From assembly GCA_951406725.2 (NCBI GenBank), contig OX597837.1:21948001-22012000 (forward strand): DNA of 64,000 nucleotides. Direction: 5' to 3'. Shown here one piece after another: positions 1 through 12,295 of the stretch. Made by a program: the position numbers and the translations under genes. The notes below the pieces were generated by a model. That model saw only the letters and a list, made by a program, of their open reading frames with translations. It was not told the DNA's origin and ran no database searches. This DNA comes from Octopus vulgaris. Lineage: Eukaryota. How positions within the stretch are numbered: the stretch's first letter is position 1; each line of letters opens with the position of its first letter.

Positions 1-859
1 CACACAGCCCGGTCTGGAAATTGAACTCACAATCTCATGATAGTGAGCCCAATGCTCTAACCACTGAAACATGTGTCCTTTGAAATAGAGGTACAATAAA
101 TTTTTGCCAACTGAATGGACTGGAGCAATGTGAAATAAAGTATCTTGCTCAAGGATACAACATGCCATCAGAAATTGAACTCAAGACTTTACGATCATAA
201 GCCAAATACCCTAACCACTATCTCACATGGCTGAGCATACTGTGCTTCATTCTTGGACATTTCCAATACATATTATCTTTTAAATTTTGTCTGACCCATG
301 CAAGTGGAGAAAAGTGTACGCTAAATGATGACGATGGCGATGGTGTTGTGCCTTTAAAGAAAGCACTTGTGTGTATACAAAAAAATGTTTTTCTTTCTAT
401 TCTATACTTCTTGTTCCTTCAGTATTTTACTTAAATGTAAACAAACACACTTTTCAATTCTGGGTCAATTGTCCTATCTATAAATTATATTAGATGTGCC
501 TGCATTATTGAGGGCCCAAGGAACTCAGACATTCCCTGGTGGCTTCAGTGTTGCTTGGCACTGCTACATGGAACAATATAGCCTACTGAATGGAAAGTGA
601 TCAACAACATATGAAAATGACTGCCTCACCCAAGTGCAACCTCAAAATATGTACATAAAACAAACACACACACACACACACACAGAGCATCTGAAAGAAA
701 TTTAGCAAGGCATGGGTTATAGGAAATAAGGAGGGGTCCTTGAAATTTAAGAGAGCCATGAGCTTCTCTTTTTCCTTCTTTTTTAGAAAGGTGAGGGGGT
801 TCTAGAGCAGTGATTCTAAACCAGGGTCTATATGGCCCTTGAGGGTGAATATAAGATTT

Positions 860-1098
860 TTGGCCAGCACCAGTTGTCAAATGGTGATGGGAGGACAAAC
901 ACAGACACACACACATAGATAGATATAGATATATGACAGGCTTCTTTCAGTTTCTGTCTACCAAGGCCATCCACAAAGCTTTGGTTGGCCTCGAGGCTAT
1001 AGTTGAAAAACTTGCCCAAGGTGCCATGCAATGAGACTGAACCCAGAACCATGTAGCTGGGAAGGAAGCTTCTTACCACACAGCCACCCCTGAACCTA
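860..1098 (-). mobile_element. SINE family A (tRNA-headed), partial copy
   Basis: Matches family A head and body seen in the full copies (e.g. 8878-9275); 3' tail missing. Confidence 0.8.
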
Positions 1099-1402
1099 TT
1101 TTGTGAATTCTATAATTCAGAGTTGTATGCAACAACTGAATCTTGTAGAAATAGCAGTCAAAATCTCCCTAAAATAACACTGTACAGTCTTATAAAGAAG
1201 GGTATTTTACACATTGTTTTCTTAGATCCACTGACTGTCTGAAAGAAATTTTAGAAAAAAGAGGGGTGGGGGAGAATGTGTAGAATGCCTTTCGAACATA
1301 GGCACAGGAGTGGCCAAGGGCTAAACAAAAACTACAAAAACAACAACATAAATGTTAATGTTTAAAAAAGGCACAACACAATGATCCTCAATATCTTATA
1401 TA

Positions 1403-1573
1403 CTCTTTTACTTGTTTCAGTCATTTGACTGCGGCCATGCTGGAGCACCACCTTTAGTCGAGCAACTCGACCCGGGACTTATTCTTTGTAAGCCCAGTAC
1501 TTAGTTCTATCGGTCTCTTTTGCCGACATAAACAACCAGCTCAGTTGTAACGGGGACACACAAACATACATGC

Positions 1574-1606
<33 letters not shown>

Positions 1607-1693
1607 TCGGTTGTCACAAGCAACTTGCCCAAGGTGCCACGCTGTGGGACACCCGGAACATGTGGTTGGTAAGCAACACACAGCCACTCCTGC
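1403..1693 (-). mobile_element. SINE family A, internally deleted copy
   Basis: CTCTTTTACTTGTTTCAGTCATTTGACTGCGGCC tail and CACACAGCCACTCCTGC head, middle shortened. Confidence 0.85.
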
Positions 1694-1805
1694 AAAATCT
1701 TATATGTTGTTTTTTTCTTTTAAGGTTTTCTGACAATAAAAGTATGGAACGCATGCATAGCAATGCAAATATGAAAGTTTCTGTACTTAACTGTACACAT
1801 GCATG

Positions 1806-1846
<41 letters not shown>

Positions 1847-2346
1847 TGTATTCTCATGTGCATTAATTAATTATATATCAGCAAACATGTGAGATTTGTT
1901 ATTTGTCAAAAGTGTGCATATGGGGTGGGTGAATGGGTGGGTGGGGGGAAGTATTTCCTGCCACATTTGACGCGCTTCATTGGACATATCCACGCATTAC
2001 ACTCAAAATATCCCACGTTATGATTTGTAATGAAAAGTGAGACTTTACCCCCCACCCCACACCTCACCCTTTCTTTCCTACTCTTTTTCTTTCTTTCTTT
2101 TTTTTTTTTGCGCTTGAGTCAGACAATACAGTGAACATGCATGCCTGAATGGACAAACAGGGACATGTATAGACAAATATACATAAATACACACATACAC
2201 ACAAACACACACACATGCAGACAGACAGACAGATACACGCGTACGCACATACGGACACATATAGATGAACAGACATGCTTCATACAAAAATACACATGCA
2301 CAAAAAAAAACAAAAATCAAAACATGCCTCATACAAATATACACAC

Positions 2347-2940
2347 GCATACACATATAATTGGACAAGCACATAGACAAACCAACACACACACACACAC
2401 ACACATGCATACACATATAATTGGACAAGCACATAGACAAACCAACACACACACACACACGCATACACATATAATTGAACAAGCACATAGACAAACCAAC
2501 ACACACACACACACACATGCATACACATAATTGGACAAGCACATAGACAAACCAACACACACACACACACACATGCATACACATATAATTGAACAAGCAC
2601 ATAGACAAACCAACACACACACACACACATGCATACACATATAATTGGATAAGCACATAGACAAACCAACACACACACACACACACACACACACATGCAT
2701 ACACATATAATTGGACAAGCACATAGACAAACAAACACACACACACACACACACACATGCATACACATATAATTGGACAAGCACATAGACAAACCAACAC
2801 ACACACACACACACACACACATGCATACACATATAATTGAACAAGCACATAGACAAACCAACACACACACACACACACACACATGCATACACATATAATT
2901 GGACAAGCACATAGACAAACCAACACACACACACATATAC
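2347..2940. repeat. Compound minisatellite: 10 copies of GCATACACATATAATTGRACAAGCACATAGACAAACCAAC separated by variable (CA)n
   Basis: Unit starts near 2347, 2407, 2461, 2519, 2575, 2631, 2697, 2759, 2823, 2886. Confidence 0.95.
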
Positions 2941-3436
2941 ATACACACACACATACATATGTGCCTGTGTGGCCACACACCGATGGACAAAAACAGAAAA
3001 ATAAAAAAATGTTTTTTCTGTAGATCACTGCTGGATTATTTTAGTCATCAATAAAAACGCAATTTTCTAATCTGAACAATAAATAAAAACAACAAACAAT
3101 AACAATAACAAATGACATAAAAACAACAAATACAATTCAACAACAAAACCATCCACAATCTCTTTCTTTCTTTCAAGCAACATTAAAAGAAAAGGAAAAA
3201 AAAAAAACATATTTAGTTGTGAATACATAGATCTATTCTATGATCAAAAGGCATACTGGAATTCCAACAGCAAACATCTCTGGATTCCCCACCCCACCCC
3301 ACTCCACATACTCTGGCACTTGTCCTCCTTTTGGTTCAGAACTCGGTTAGCATGGTGCCAAACAACAGTTAGCATCATTGTCTTCCAAGCAGTTGATCTG
3401 GGTTTGACTCCTGGTTGACACAACCGTTTATTTTAT

Positions 3437-3565
3437 AGGTGCAGGCATGGCTGTGTGGTAAGAAGTTTGCTTTCCGACCACATGGTTCTTGGTTCAGTCC
3501 CACTGCATGCCACCTTGGGCAAGTGTTTTCTATTATAGCCTTGGCACAACCAAAGCCTTGTGAAA
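3437..3565 (+). mobile_element. SINE family A head (older subfamily); its 3' part resumes at about 4267-4502 after nested insertions
   Basis: A box TGGCTGTGTGGT, B box GGTTCAGTCC, CCTTGGGCAAGT. Confidence 0.75.
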
Positions 3566-3736
3566 CAAGCCTGTCACTTTATGCGTCAGTGCCACTTAAA
3601 AAGCACCTGTGCCTGTGCTGCGATAACGCTCCCATGTTGGTGCTGGGTAAACGTACCCATGATGGTGACACATAAAAAGCACCCAGTACACTCTGTTAAG
3701 TGGTTGGCATTAGGAAGGGCATCCAGCTATGGAAAC

Positions 3737-3772
<36 letters not shown>

Positions 3773-3790
3773 ATATGTATGTACATATAT

Positions 3791-3997
3791 AATCCAAACA
3801 TGAAAACACAAAGAGAAAACACAACGCGAGGACGTGGAACAAATATAGTATTATTGGACGCTCAGGAAGGAAGGGAAGAAGGAGGGTTTAATGTTTTGAG
3901 CAGAGCTCTTCGTCAGAAACATAGGAAAAGGAAAGATCCAGAGAAGGGAAGACGGAGGAAAAAAAAAAAAATCGCCAACGGTACACACGCAGTCATA
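3791..3997 (-). mobile_element. Penelope-like pLTR remnant (family P1) with decayed minimal hammerhead motif
   Basis: Minus strand 3920-3886: gttt CTGACGA a gagc tct gctc AAAACATT aaac; borders a (TA)n tract; related to 49170-49352. Confidence 0.6.
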
Positions 3998-4219
3998 TAC
4001 TTTATCTAAAAGCAGCAGAAATATAACAAAAGCTGTTACTCAGAGTTTCACGTTCCTGTTTGTCGGACAGTTTTGTTAAAAAAACAAAACAAAACTGTCC
4101 GACGAATGGGAACGTGAAACTCTGAGTAACAGCTTTTGTTATATTTCTGCTGCTTTTAAATAAAGCATATTATTCTACCTCTTTTTTTCCACCTTGTTTC
4201 ACATTTATGTGCTTACTCT

Positions 4220-4221
<2 letters not shown>
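3998..4221. mobile_element. Penelope-like pLTR remnant (family P2) with about 77-bp inverted repeat
   Basis: Arms about 4001-4077 and 4088-4164; ends in (TA)n; second copy at 20745-20975. Confidence 0.65.
4095..4132 (+). ncRNA. Candidate minimal type I hammerhead ribozyme, core CCGACGA (U4C variant)
   Basis: ctgt CCGACGA atg-ggaa-cgt GAAA ctctga GTA acag: stems I, II and III pair, GUA cleavage triplet. Confidence 0.55.
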
Positions 4222-4269
<48 letters not shown>

Positions 4270-4807
4270 TGTGTGTCTTTGTGTCTGTGTTTGTCTCCCC
4301 TCCCCCACTAGATAACTGGTGTTGGTGCATTTATACCCCCATAACTCAGTAATTCAGCAAAAGAGATTGATAGAATAAGTACTGGGGTTGAAAAGAAAAG
4401 AAAATGGTTCTGGGATCAATTCATTCAACTAAATCTTCTTCAAGGTGATGCCCCAGCCTGGTCACAGTCGAACAAAACTGAAACAAGTAAAAGATAAAAG
4501 AGAACTCCATAAAGAGTCAAATGGGTGCCATTGTGACACATGGCATGTCTAGTGCATTTTTAGACCTGGTGCAGGTCTGACTTAACAGTTGAATTTTTTT
4601 CAAGAGAGAGAGAAAGAAAAAGAAATAGAAAGGAAGAATGTGAAAAACTGAAGAGTCAACCCCAGTATTAGACTGGTACTTTATTTATTGATTCCCCATC
4701 CACCACCCAAAGGATGAAAGGCAACATCGACAATTACTAAAAGGGATTCTTCTATCCAATGGCCATATCTAGCACCGGCACTGGGATGCAGGCTGTATGA
4801 AAGACTA

Positions 4808-5334
4808 TGAGGTCTGTTTGAAAAGTAAGTTATTTTAATGTTAAACAACACACTATATGGTTTCCCCTTCAAGTCTAATGCACTTTTCCATCCTTCTCTG
4901 CCATGTTTCTATGCACTGCTGGAAGAATTCATATGGGATGCCCCTCAGCTCTATCATTACTGCCCCCTTGGTGGCCTTCACTCCTTCAAAATGGGTCCCC
5001 TTGATGATCCCCTTGAGCTTGAGGAAAAGAAAAATGTCACATGGAGCAAGATCATGTGAATAGGGAGGTTGTTTGAGTACGGCAATGTTCTTCTTGGCCA
5101 GGAACTGCCAGATGCTCAGGGTGTTGTGAGCAGGTGCAACGTTGCGGTGAAACAGCCACAATTTGTCCTGCAACAACTCTTGTCTCTTCTCACACACTGA
5201 GCAAAACAAATGCTTGCAGAATCTCTTTGTAGATTCGCTGATTGATCATCTGGCCCTGTGGCAAGAACTCACTGTGGACAATGCCCATAGCTCACACAGC
5301 ACACCCATTCCTGTTACTTTTCAAACAGACCTTG
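4808..5334 (-). mobile_element. Internally deleted mariner (Tc1/mariner) DNA transposon
   Basis: TIRs GAGGTCTGTTTGAAAAGTAA and TTACTTTTCAAACAGACCTT, left TA flank, internal transposase fragment. Confidence 0.9.
4853..5209 (-). pseudogene. Mariner transposase C-terminal fragment
   Basis: HRNVAPAH (HDNAPAH-like), PPYSHDLAPCDIFLF (PPYSPDLAPCDF-like), WQRRMEKCIRLEG. Confidence 0.92.
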
Positions 5335-5389
5335 TGTATTCTACAATATACCCCAACCCTTTTGTTACCATACATCTGTTGAACTATAT

Positions 5390-5620
5390 TGCGGTGAGCT
5401 GGAAGAAACGCTAGCATGCTGGGCGAAATGCATAGCCATATTTCGTCTGTCGTTACATTCTGAGTTCAAATTCCGCTGAGGTTGACTTCGCCTTTCATCC
5501 TTTTGGGGTCGGTAAATAAAGTACCAGTTTCGCACTGGGGTTGATGTAATTGACTTAATCCCTTTGTCTGTCCTTGTTTGTCCCCTCTATGTTTAGCCCC
5601 TTGTGGGTAGTAAAGAAATA
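5390..5620 (+). mobile_element. SINE family B inserted in a piggyBac-type MITE (about 5355-5820)
   Basis: GAGTTCAAATTCC B box, GCCTTTCATCCTTTTGGGGTCGGTAAATAAAGTACCAG central block, TAAAGAAATA end. Confidence 0.85.
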
Positions 5621-6356
5621 TATATTGCATTTGTTTCAATTAATTTTGAAAGTATAAAGAATTTGGTAAAATATATCTCGGTCATTACTAAGCTGGTAAT
5701 TTGAACATAAATTAACAAGGAATTTAAATCGGAAATTTTAATTTAGATCACTTTATATAGAAAAAGTTTATATCATAGAAACTGAGTCAATCTCAGGCAG
5801 GTTGGTATTAAAAGGTTTAAAGCAATATGCAATGGTATTGGAAGAGATTTTGCTTCTATTTCTAGCAGGTTGAGAACCCTATTATAGATGTTTGAAAAAT
5901 ATCATGTACGTAGCTAGGATGTAGTGATGGTGGAGGAGGAGGCAGTCAAGCAGTAGAAATGGTAGAGTGACAGACTAAAATACCTTACAGTATTTAGTTA
6001 CTTCACACTATGAGGTTCTTAGTTTTTTTAATTCCTGCCAAGATCAACTTTAGATCAAGTAATAATGTTTCTTTTTTTTGTGGATTTTTTTTTTCCTGAT
6101 TTCCCTTTTTGACTAAACAAATGTTCATTTTTGTGAAGAGTGAAAAGGTTATAATTGAAGAGACCCTACCACTCCTTTGCAGAATATACTGTTAATTTAA
6201 GCAGAGATGAAAGCTTAAAGATGGCCTAGATAGGATTTAAACAAACAACAATGAGGCTCAAAAAGCCTTCTGTTTTATGATACCTACTGCCAACTATGTT
6301 ACACACCTCATCTTTATTCAAAGATAAATTGATAGTCTCAATATATATGCCCCGGT

Positions 6357-6640
6357 GAAGGCACATGGCTTAGTGGTTAGGGGTATTTGGCCTCAATCGT
6401 AAGGTTGTACTTTTGATTCCTGGCAGAACATTATTTCCTTGAGCAAGACATTTTATTTCACTTTGCTCCAGTCCACTCAGTTGGCAAAGATGAGTTTTAC
6501 CTGCATTTCAAAGGGCCAGCCTTGTCACATTCTACATGTCTTTGGAGTACTCAGCCATATATGTGTTAATTTCACAAGCAGGTTCTTCCATTGATCAGAT
6601 CAACTGGAACCCTCATTGTTGTAACTGATGAAGTGCAGTT
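6357..6640 (+). mobile_element. SINE family D subfamily (tRNA head, CORE-like block)
   Basis: TGGCTTAGTGGTTAG A box, CCTTGAGCAAGACA block. Confidence 0.7.
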
Positions 6641-7717
6641 TTTTGTTCGTTTTTTTTTTTTTTTATATGCCCTAACATACCAAAATCAAAATCCTTACTA
6701 TCTCTATCACTAATTCTTAAACCTTTTTTTCACTTATGGGATCCCCTTTTACTGAAATGAATTTTCCTGGAGACCTATATTTGTGCTTTTGAAACGTCTG
6801 TCTACTCAATAAGTTGATATTATTTACTAAAAACTAATTCACCTTCCCAGTTTCATCCCTTAATTAAAAGATATTTGTAATTAAAATAAATTATATATGA
6901 CAGACTAATTATACATTTTATACTGAAGTCTTTTAAAATTTTGAACACAACCCACAAACCCCTTTTGTGGACCCTAGGTTGGGAGCCAAAGGACTACTTG
7001 ATGTACAAAGATACACCACTGGGGTTGGTAAACATTGTGATATCATCCAATACTTATTTTCTTCCAAGATCTTCTTCCAAGATTTCTTCCAAGATTTTCT
7101 TCCAAGTATTTTTTTTATCTCTTGGACAAAGGGACAACCTCATAATACCAGACTCCTTTTTACTATATTGCTTTTAAATTTTGGCACAAGGCCAGCAATT
7201 TCAGGAGAGAGATAAGTCAATGATTGACCCCAGTGCTCAACTGATATTTATTTTATCACCCCTGAAAGGATGAAAAGCAAAGTCAACTTTGGCAGAATTC
7301 GAACTCTGAACATAAAAGACTGATAAAATGCCAGTAAGAATTTTTACCTGGCACAGTAACAATTCTCTCAGCCTCCCACCTTCATTCTTCTCTATATTAA
7401 TTGCATACAATATACAGAGAACAATAGTAATAGAGGAGTTAAGTGAGACAATTTTTCTAATGTTGGTGTGATGAATAGGCACCCATTACGCATGTAAAGT
7501 GGTTAGCTAATGAGTCGAGAAAACATAGCTTTTAGTCCTGTTTTGGTGAGGACAATTCAACTTCTGTATTGGTGGTGTCATTTGAAAATGCATTCAGCCA
7601 CAGAAACCAAGCCAAGTGAAATGTATAAATACCCATGTCCGGTAAGGTCACTGTCATCAATTCAGTGGCTTTTTTTTTCAATAAAATAGTTTTTAACTAT
7701 TAACGGTGAGATACTAT

Positions 7718-8116
7718 ACTCTTACTCTTTACTCTTTTACTTGTTTCAGTCATTTGACTGCGGCCATGCTGGAGCACCGCCTTTAGTCAAGCAAATCTAC
7801 CCCAGGACTTATTCTTTGTAAGCCCAGTACTTTATTCTATCGGTCTCTTTTGCCGAACTGCTAAGTGACGGGGACGTAAACACACCAGCATCGGTTGTCA
7901 AGCAATGCTAGGGGGACAAACACAGACACACACACACATATATATATATATATACATATATACGACAGGCTTCTTTCAGTTTCCGTCTACCAAATCCACT
8001 CACAAGCCCGGGGCTATAGCAGAAGACACTTGCCCAAGATGCCACACAGTGGGACTGAACCCGGAACCATGTGGTTGGTTAGCAAGCTATTTACCACACA
8101 GCCACTCCTGTGCCTA
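7718..8116 (-). mobile_element. SINE family A, near full length
   Basis: Head, internal (TA/CA)n and TAAAAGAG-repeat tail all present. Confidence 0.9.
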
Positions 8117-8877
8117 TGGATATATATTCTCAGTAAATTTTTCTCATGGTGAATTGATGGCAGCAAACTTACCGGTGATTGTAAGTACCATTCTGTGGCA
8201 GCAGTGACTCTCAATACGAAATGAGTAGGATTGTGATGACCCATCCAACCTATGACAGCATGGAAAGTGGAATGCCTACTTAAAGAATTACCACTGCCAG
8301 TTAGCTCCATTTTAAGAACCATCACTAATAATTCTATGCCAAAACACACAACTCGGGCCTGGTGTAGCTCTCTGGCTGGCCAGCTCCTGTCAAATCATCC
8401 AACCCATGCCAGCATAGAAAACAGATGTTAAATGATGATGATGATGATGGTGACAATGATGATGATAATGGTTTCTAGTCAATTGGCTAAACTCCCAAGT
8501 GCTTGAATTGTGTGTATTTTTGTAGGGAGACATATGAATGATAACTTGACTCGACCTGATTTTCCTCACAAAGGCATGTAGCCTGGTGGTTAGGGTATTG
8601 CACTCATGGTCATAATAATATCATCGTTTCAATTCCCAGACCAGGTAGTGAGCAAAAACACTTCATTTCACATCGATCCAATTTACTCAGCTGTAAATGA
8701 GTTCCAGCAATAATCAGGAAGTGAACCCTGAGATAGACCAGCGTCCCTTTGAGATATGTAGGGGGTGTTGTAATCTCAGTCACTTATATACCAAGGAAAT
8801 AAGGTTAAGCTCCAGTTTTATGAGTCTCAAGGATCAAGAGAAAAAGAAAAAAAAATAATTTTCATTAACCCTTAATT

Positions 8878-9275
8878 AGGCGCAGGAGTGGCTGTGTGGT
8901 AAGTAGCTTGCTTACCAACCACATGGTTCTGGGTTCATTCCCACTGCATGGCACCTTGGGCAAGTGTCTTCTACTATAGCCTCGGGCTGACCAAAGCCTT
9001 GAGTGTGGATTTGGTAGATAGAAACCGTTGTATAAAGGAGCCCATCGTATATATGTATATATATGTATACATGTATGTGTGCGTATATGTTTATGTGTCT
9101 GTGTTTGTCCCCCCAACAACCGATGCTGCTGTGTTTACGTCCCCATAACTTAGCAGTTTGGCAAAAGAGATTGATTGAATAAGTACTAGGCTTACAAAGA
9201 ATAAGTCCTGTGGTCGGCTTGCTTGACTAAAGGTGGTGCTCCAGCATGGCCGCAGTCAAATGACTGAAACAAGTT
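8878..9275 (+). mobile_element. SINE family A, full length
   Basis: AGGCGCAGGAGTGGCTGTGTGGTAAG head, B box GGTTCATTCC, tail AAATGACTGAAACAAGT. Confidence 0.9.
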
Positions 9276-10929
9276 CAATAAAAAAATCCCTAGATGGATG
9301 AAGATCAAAGTAAATCATGATGGGATTCAAACCATAAATGTACAGTAACAGCTTAACTGCAAAGTAGCATTTTGTACCCTGGTCAAATGATTTATGCCTA
9401 CCACCATTGCACTAACATTTATGATGTCTACCATAAGGCGATGAGCTGGCAGAATTGTTAGTTCAAATTCCGTCAAGGTGACTTTGCCTTTCATTATTTC
9501 AGGGTTGATAAAATAGGTACCAGTTGGGGTCGATGTACTCGGCTTATCCCCTCCCTCAAACTTGCTGGCCTTGTGCCAAAATTTGAAATCAGTAACCTCT
9601 AATATAGACATAAAGCTAAAACTTCGATAGGAGCAGAGAAAGTCATTTACATCAGCCCCAGTAGTTAACTGGTACTTTATTTAGGGCAAAGCTAACCTTG
9701 GCAAGGTTGAAACCCAAAACTTAAAGAGCAGCAACAAATGCTGTGTTTTTGTCAATAACTAAATACCATGAAATTAAGGTGATGGAAGTGATTAGTTGGT
9801 GAGGTTTAAAAGTGCTTGTGATACTCATGCACGTCATTCTATATAATGTGGAGCAGAGGTCACAGCAGATAGTTAGGCCTCTGGGTTGTGTAGACATTGT
9901 GAAGTTTTAAGGTATGAGGTGTTCATGAATTGAAGGTTGTGCAGTTAAGGAGGGAAGGTGATTCTGTCTTGTAGGGGAGAATGAGTCAGTTTATATTTAC
10001 TTTGGCAGGTGGTAGTGGGTGCAGAGTTATTAAGGTGAGTAATATTTGTTTTGGTGTTGTTAATAAATGTTCTCAGATAAGCAGGAAGCAACTCATACAG
10101 TGTACTGAAGACTGTTCTAAACACAAGTGTACACAACCGAGTTTGCAACACACATACACACATTCATAAACAATAGAAAATTTCTAAAATGTATATAACT
10201 TATATATACACATAAAAATTTTAAGTTATTGATGTATAGATGCATATGTTTTATCCTGAATCTATAAGCAAGCATGTGCCTAAAACTGAGAAAAAAAAAC
10301 AAACATGTGTACATTTGTAACCTAACAAATTATATAAATAAATATGCAAATATATTCATAATAGGATAAATAATGTACACACACACGCACGCACACGCAC
10401 ACACACACACAAATGATGAATGGAGGGCTATTGAACCAGAAATTGCAAGTCTTGGCCACAGGTTCAAATCCATTGCAGTTATTCTTCTAGTCTGCTGAGA
10501 ATGTAACAATTTGTTCTATAGACATCAAATAATTTCATGGTCAGAGTATTACTCAAAATGGATTAGCATCTTATCCCGAAAAAGATTTATGTTTTTACTC
10601 ATTTCATCTTTTTGATACTGACCTGCTCAAGACTGCTCTCAAGTTACTAAGTTTATATTCATATAATCTTCTATAATGGTATATGAATACAAAGTCAGCA
10701 ACTTAAAGCCGGTGTGTGGTACAGACACAAATGTTACGATCTACTATTAAACCCTGGTATCTTCCATCCTTGTGTTATATTATCCTTGAATTAGTCTTAT
10801 GTAAAGAGGAGTTCCACATGCGTATCCAGCCAATGGAATATACCCAACTGTAGGATATCAGGTGGTAGCTAAATAATGACATAAGACCTCTTAAATGTAC
10901 ACTATGAAGTTTTTACCCAAATTATACTA

Positions 10930-11120
10930 CATCATCATCATCATCGTTTAACGTCCGCTTTCTATGCTGGCATGGGTTGGACGGTTTTGAATAAGGGCTG
11001 GCAAGCCAGATGGCTGCACCAGGCTCCAATCTTGATCTGGCAGTGTTTCTACAGCTGGATGCCCTTCCTAACGCCAACCACTCCGAGAGTGTAGTGGGTG
11101 CTTTTTACATGCCACCAGCA
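10930..11120 (-). mobile_element. Family C repeat (RTE-LINE 3' end derived) with (ATG)n tail
   Basis: Reverse complement of GGTTGGCGTTAGGAAGGGCATCCAGCTGTAGAAAC ... AACCCATGCCAGCAT ... GTTAAACGATGATG. Confidence 0.8.
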
Positions 11121-11906
11121 CGGAAAGGGAATGCTTACAGCACCTATTGATATATTTGTGTGTGTGTGTGTTTCTGTCTGTGCTTGACCCACCACCACCA
11201 CTTAGTAAAAAAATAAAAAAGTTGATCACAGTTGTAGCTTCTTTGATAATAACCCCATATGACTCAGACTGAGATATATATGTATGTCGGAAAGTGCAAC
11301 CATTTCTGTATATGAGGCAATGAATGACTTTCTGAAGGATACAAATGTCAAAGAAACTCATTCTTCATCCCACAATAAATCAAAATGACAACAATGGATA
11401 CATGTAATTAATTGCCACCAAATTACAAATTACTGCTGCCACTTCAAACCCAACCAAATTCCTTGCCAAACTACTTCAATTAATGTATCAACTGTTCAAC
11501 TCAACTATCTTACTCTAAAAATTGAGGCTGAGTTAAATTAAATGGAGTAAATAATTTCTAACACAGGCACATCATCATCATAATCATCATCATTTAATGT
11601 CCGTTGTCCATACTGGCATGGGTTGGGTGGTTCGACCAAAGCTGGCAAGCTGGAGAGCTGTACCAGCTCTGGTCAATGCTAGAAACTTGGGAGTTAGAGG
11701 GAAAATAGATATTAACCAAGGACTTAACTGGCATTTTATTTTATCAATTACAGAAAGATGAAAAATGAAGATGGTTTCAGTAGGATTCAAGCTTACAATG
11801 TAAAGAACCTGAATATATGGCATGACACATCTTATCTGATGCTCTAAGGATTTTTTTTTTACAAAAACAAATTAAATACGTGTATTCTATGCAACTTTTT
11901 CTTTAT

Positions 11907-12295
11907 TCTCTTTTACTTGTTTCAGTCATGTGACTGTGGCCATGCTGGAGCACCGCCTTTAGTCAAGCAAATCGACCACAGGACTTATTCTTTGTAAGCC
12001 TAGTACTTATTCTATCGGTCTCTTTTACCAAACCGCTAAGTTACAGGGACGTAAACACACCAGCATCGGATGTCAAGCAATGTTGGTGGGACAAACACGC
12101 ACACACACACACATATATATATACATATATACGATGGACTTCTTTCAATTTCCATCTACCAAATTCACTCACAAGGCTTTGGTTGGCCCAAGGCTATAGT
12201 ATAAGACACTTGCCCAAGGTGCCACGCAGTGGAAGTGAATCCGGAATCATGTGGTTCGTAAGCAAGCTACTTACCACACAGCCACTCCTATGCCT
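11907..12295 (-). mobile_element. SINE family A, full length
   Basis: Colinear with other family A copies. Confidence 0.9.

Noticed and set aside
2347-2940. CRISPR-like repeat-spacer appearance
   Set aside because: Spacers are only (CA)n, no cas genes, eukaryotic context
2078-3028. Long Cys/Val-rich ORFs (316, 236, 215 aa)
   Set aside because: Translation of the minisatellite and (TG)n in several frames
7060-7106. Four copies of a 12-13 bp TCTTCCAAGAT unit
   Set aside because: Ordinary short slippage repeat
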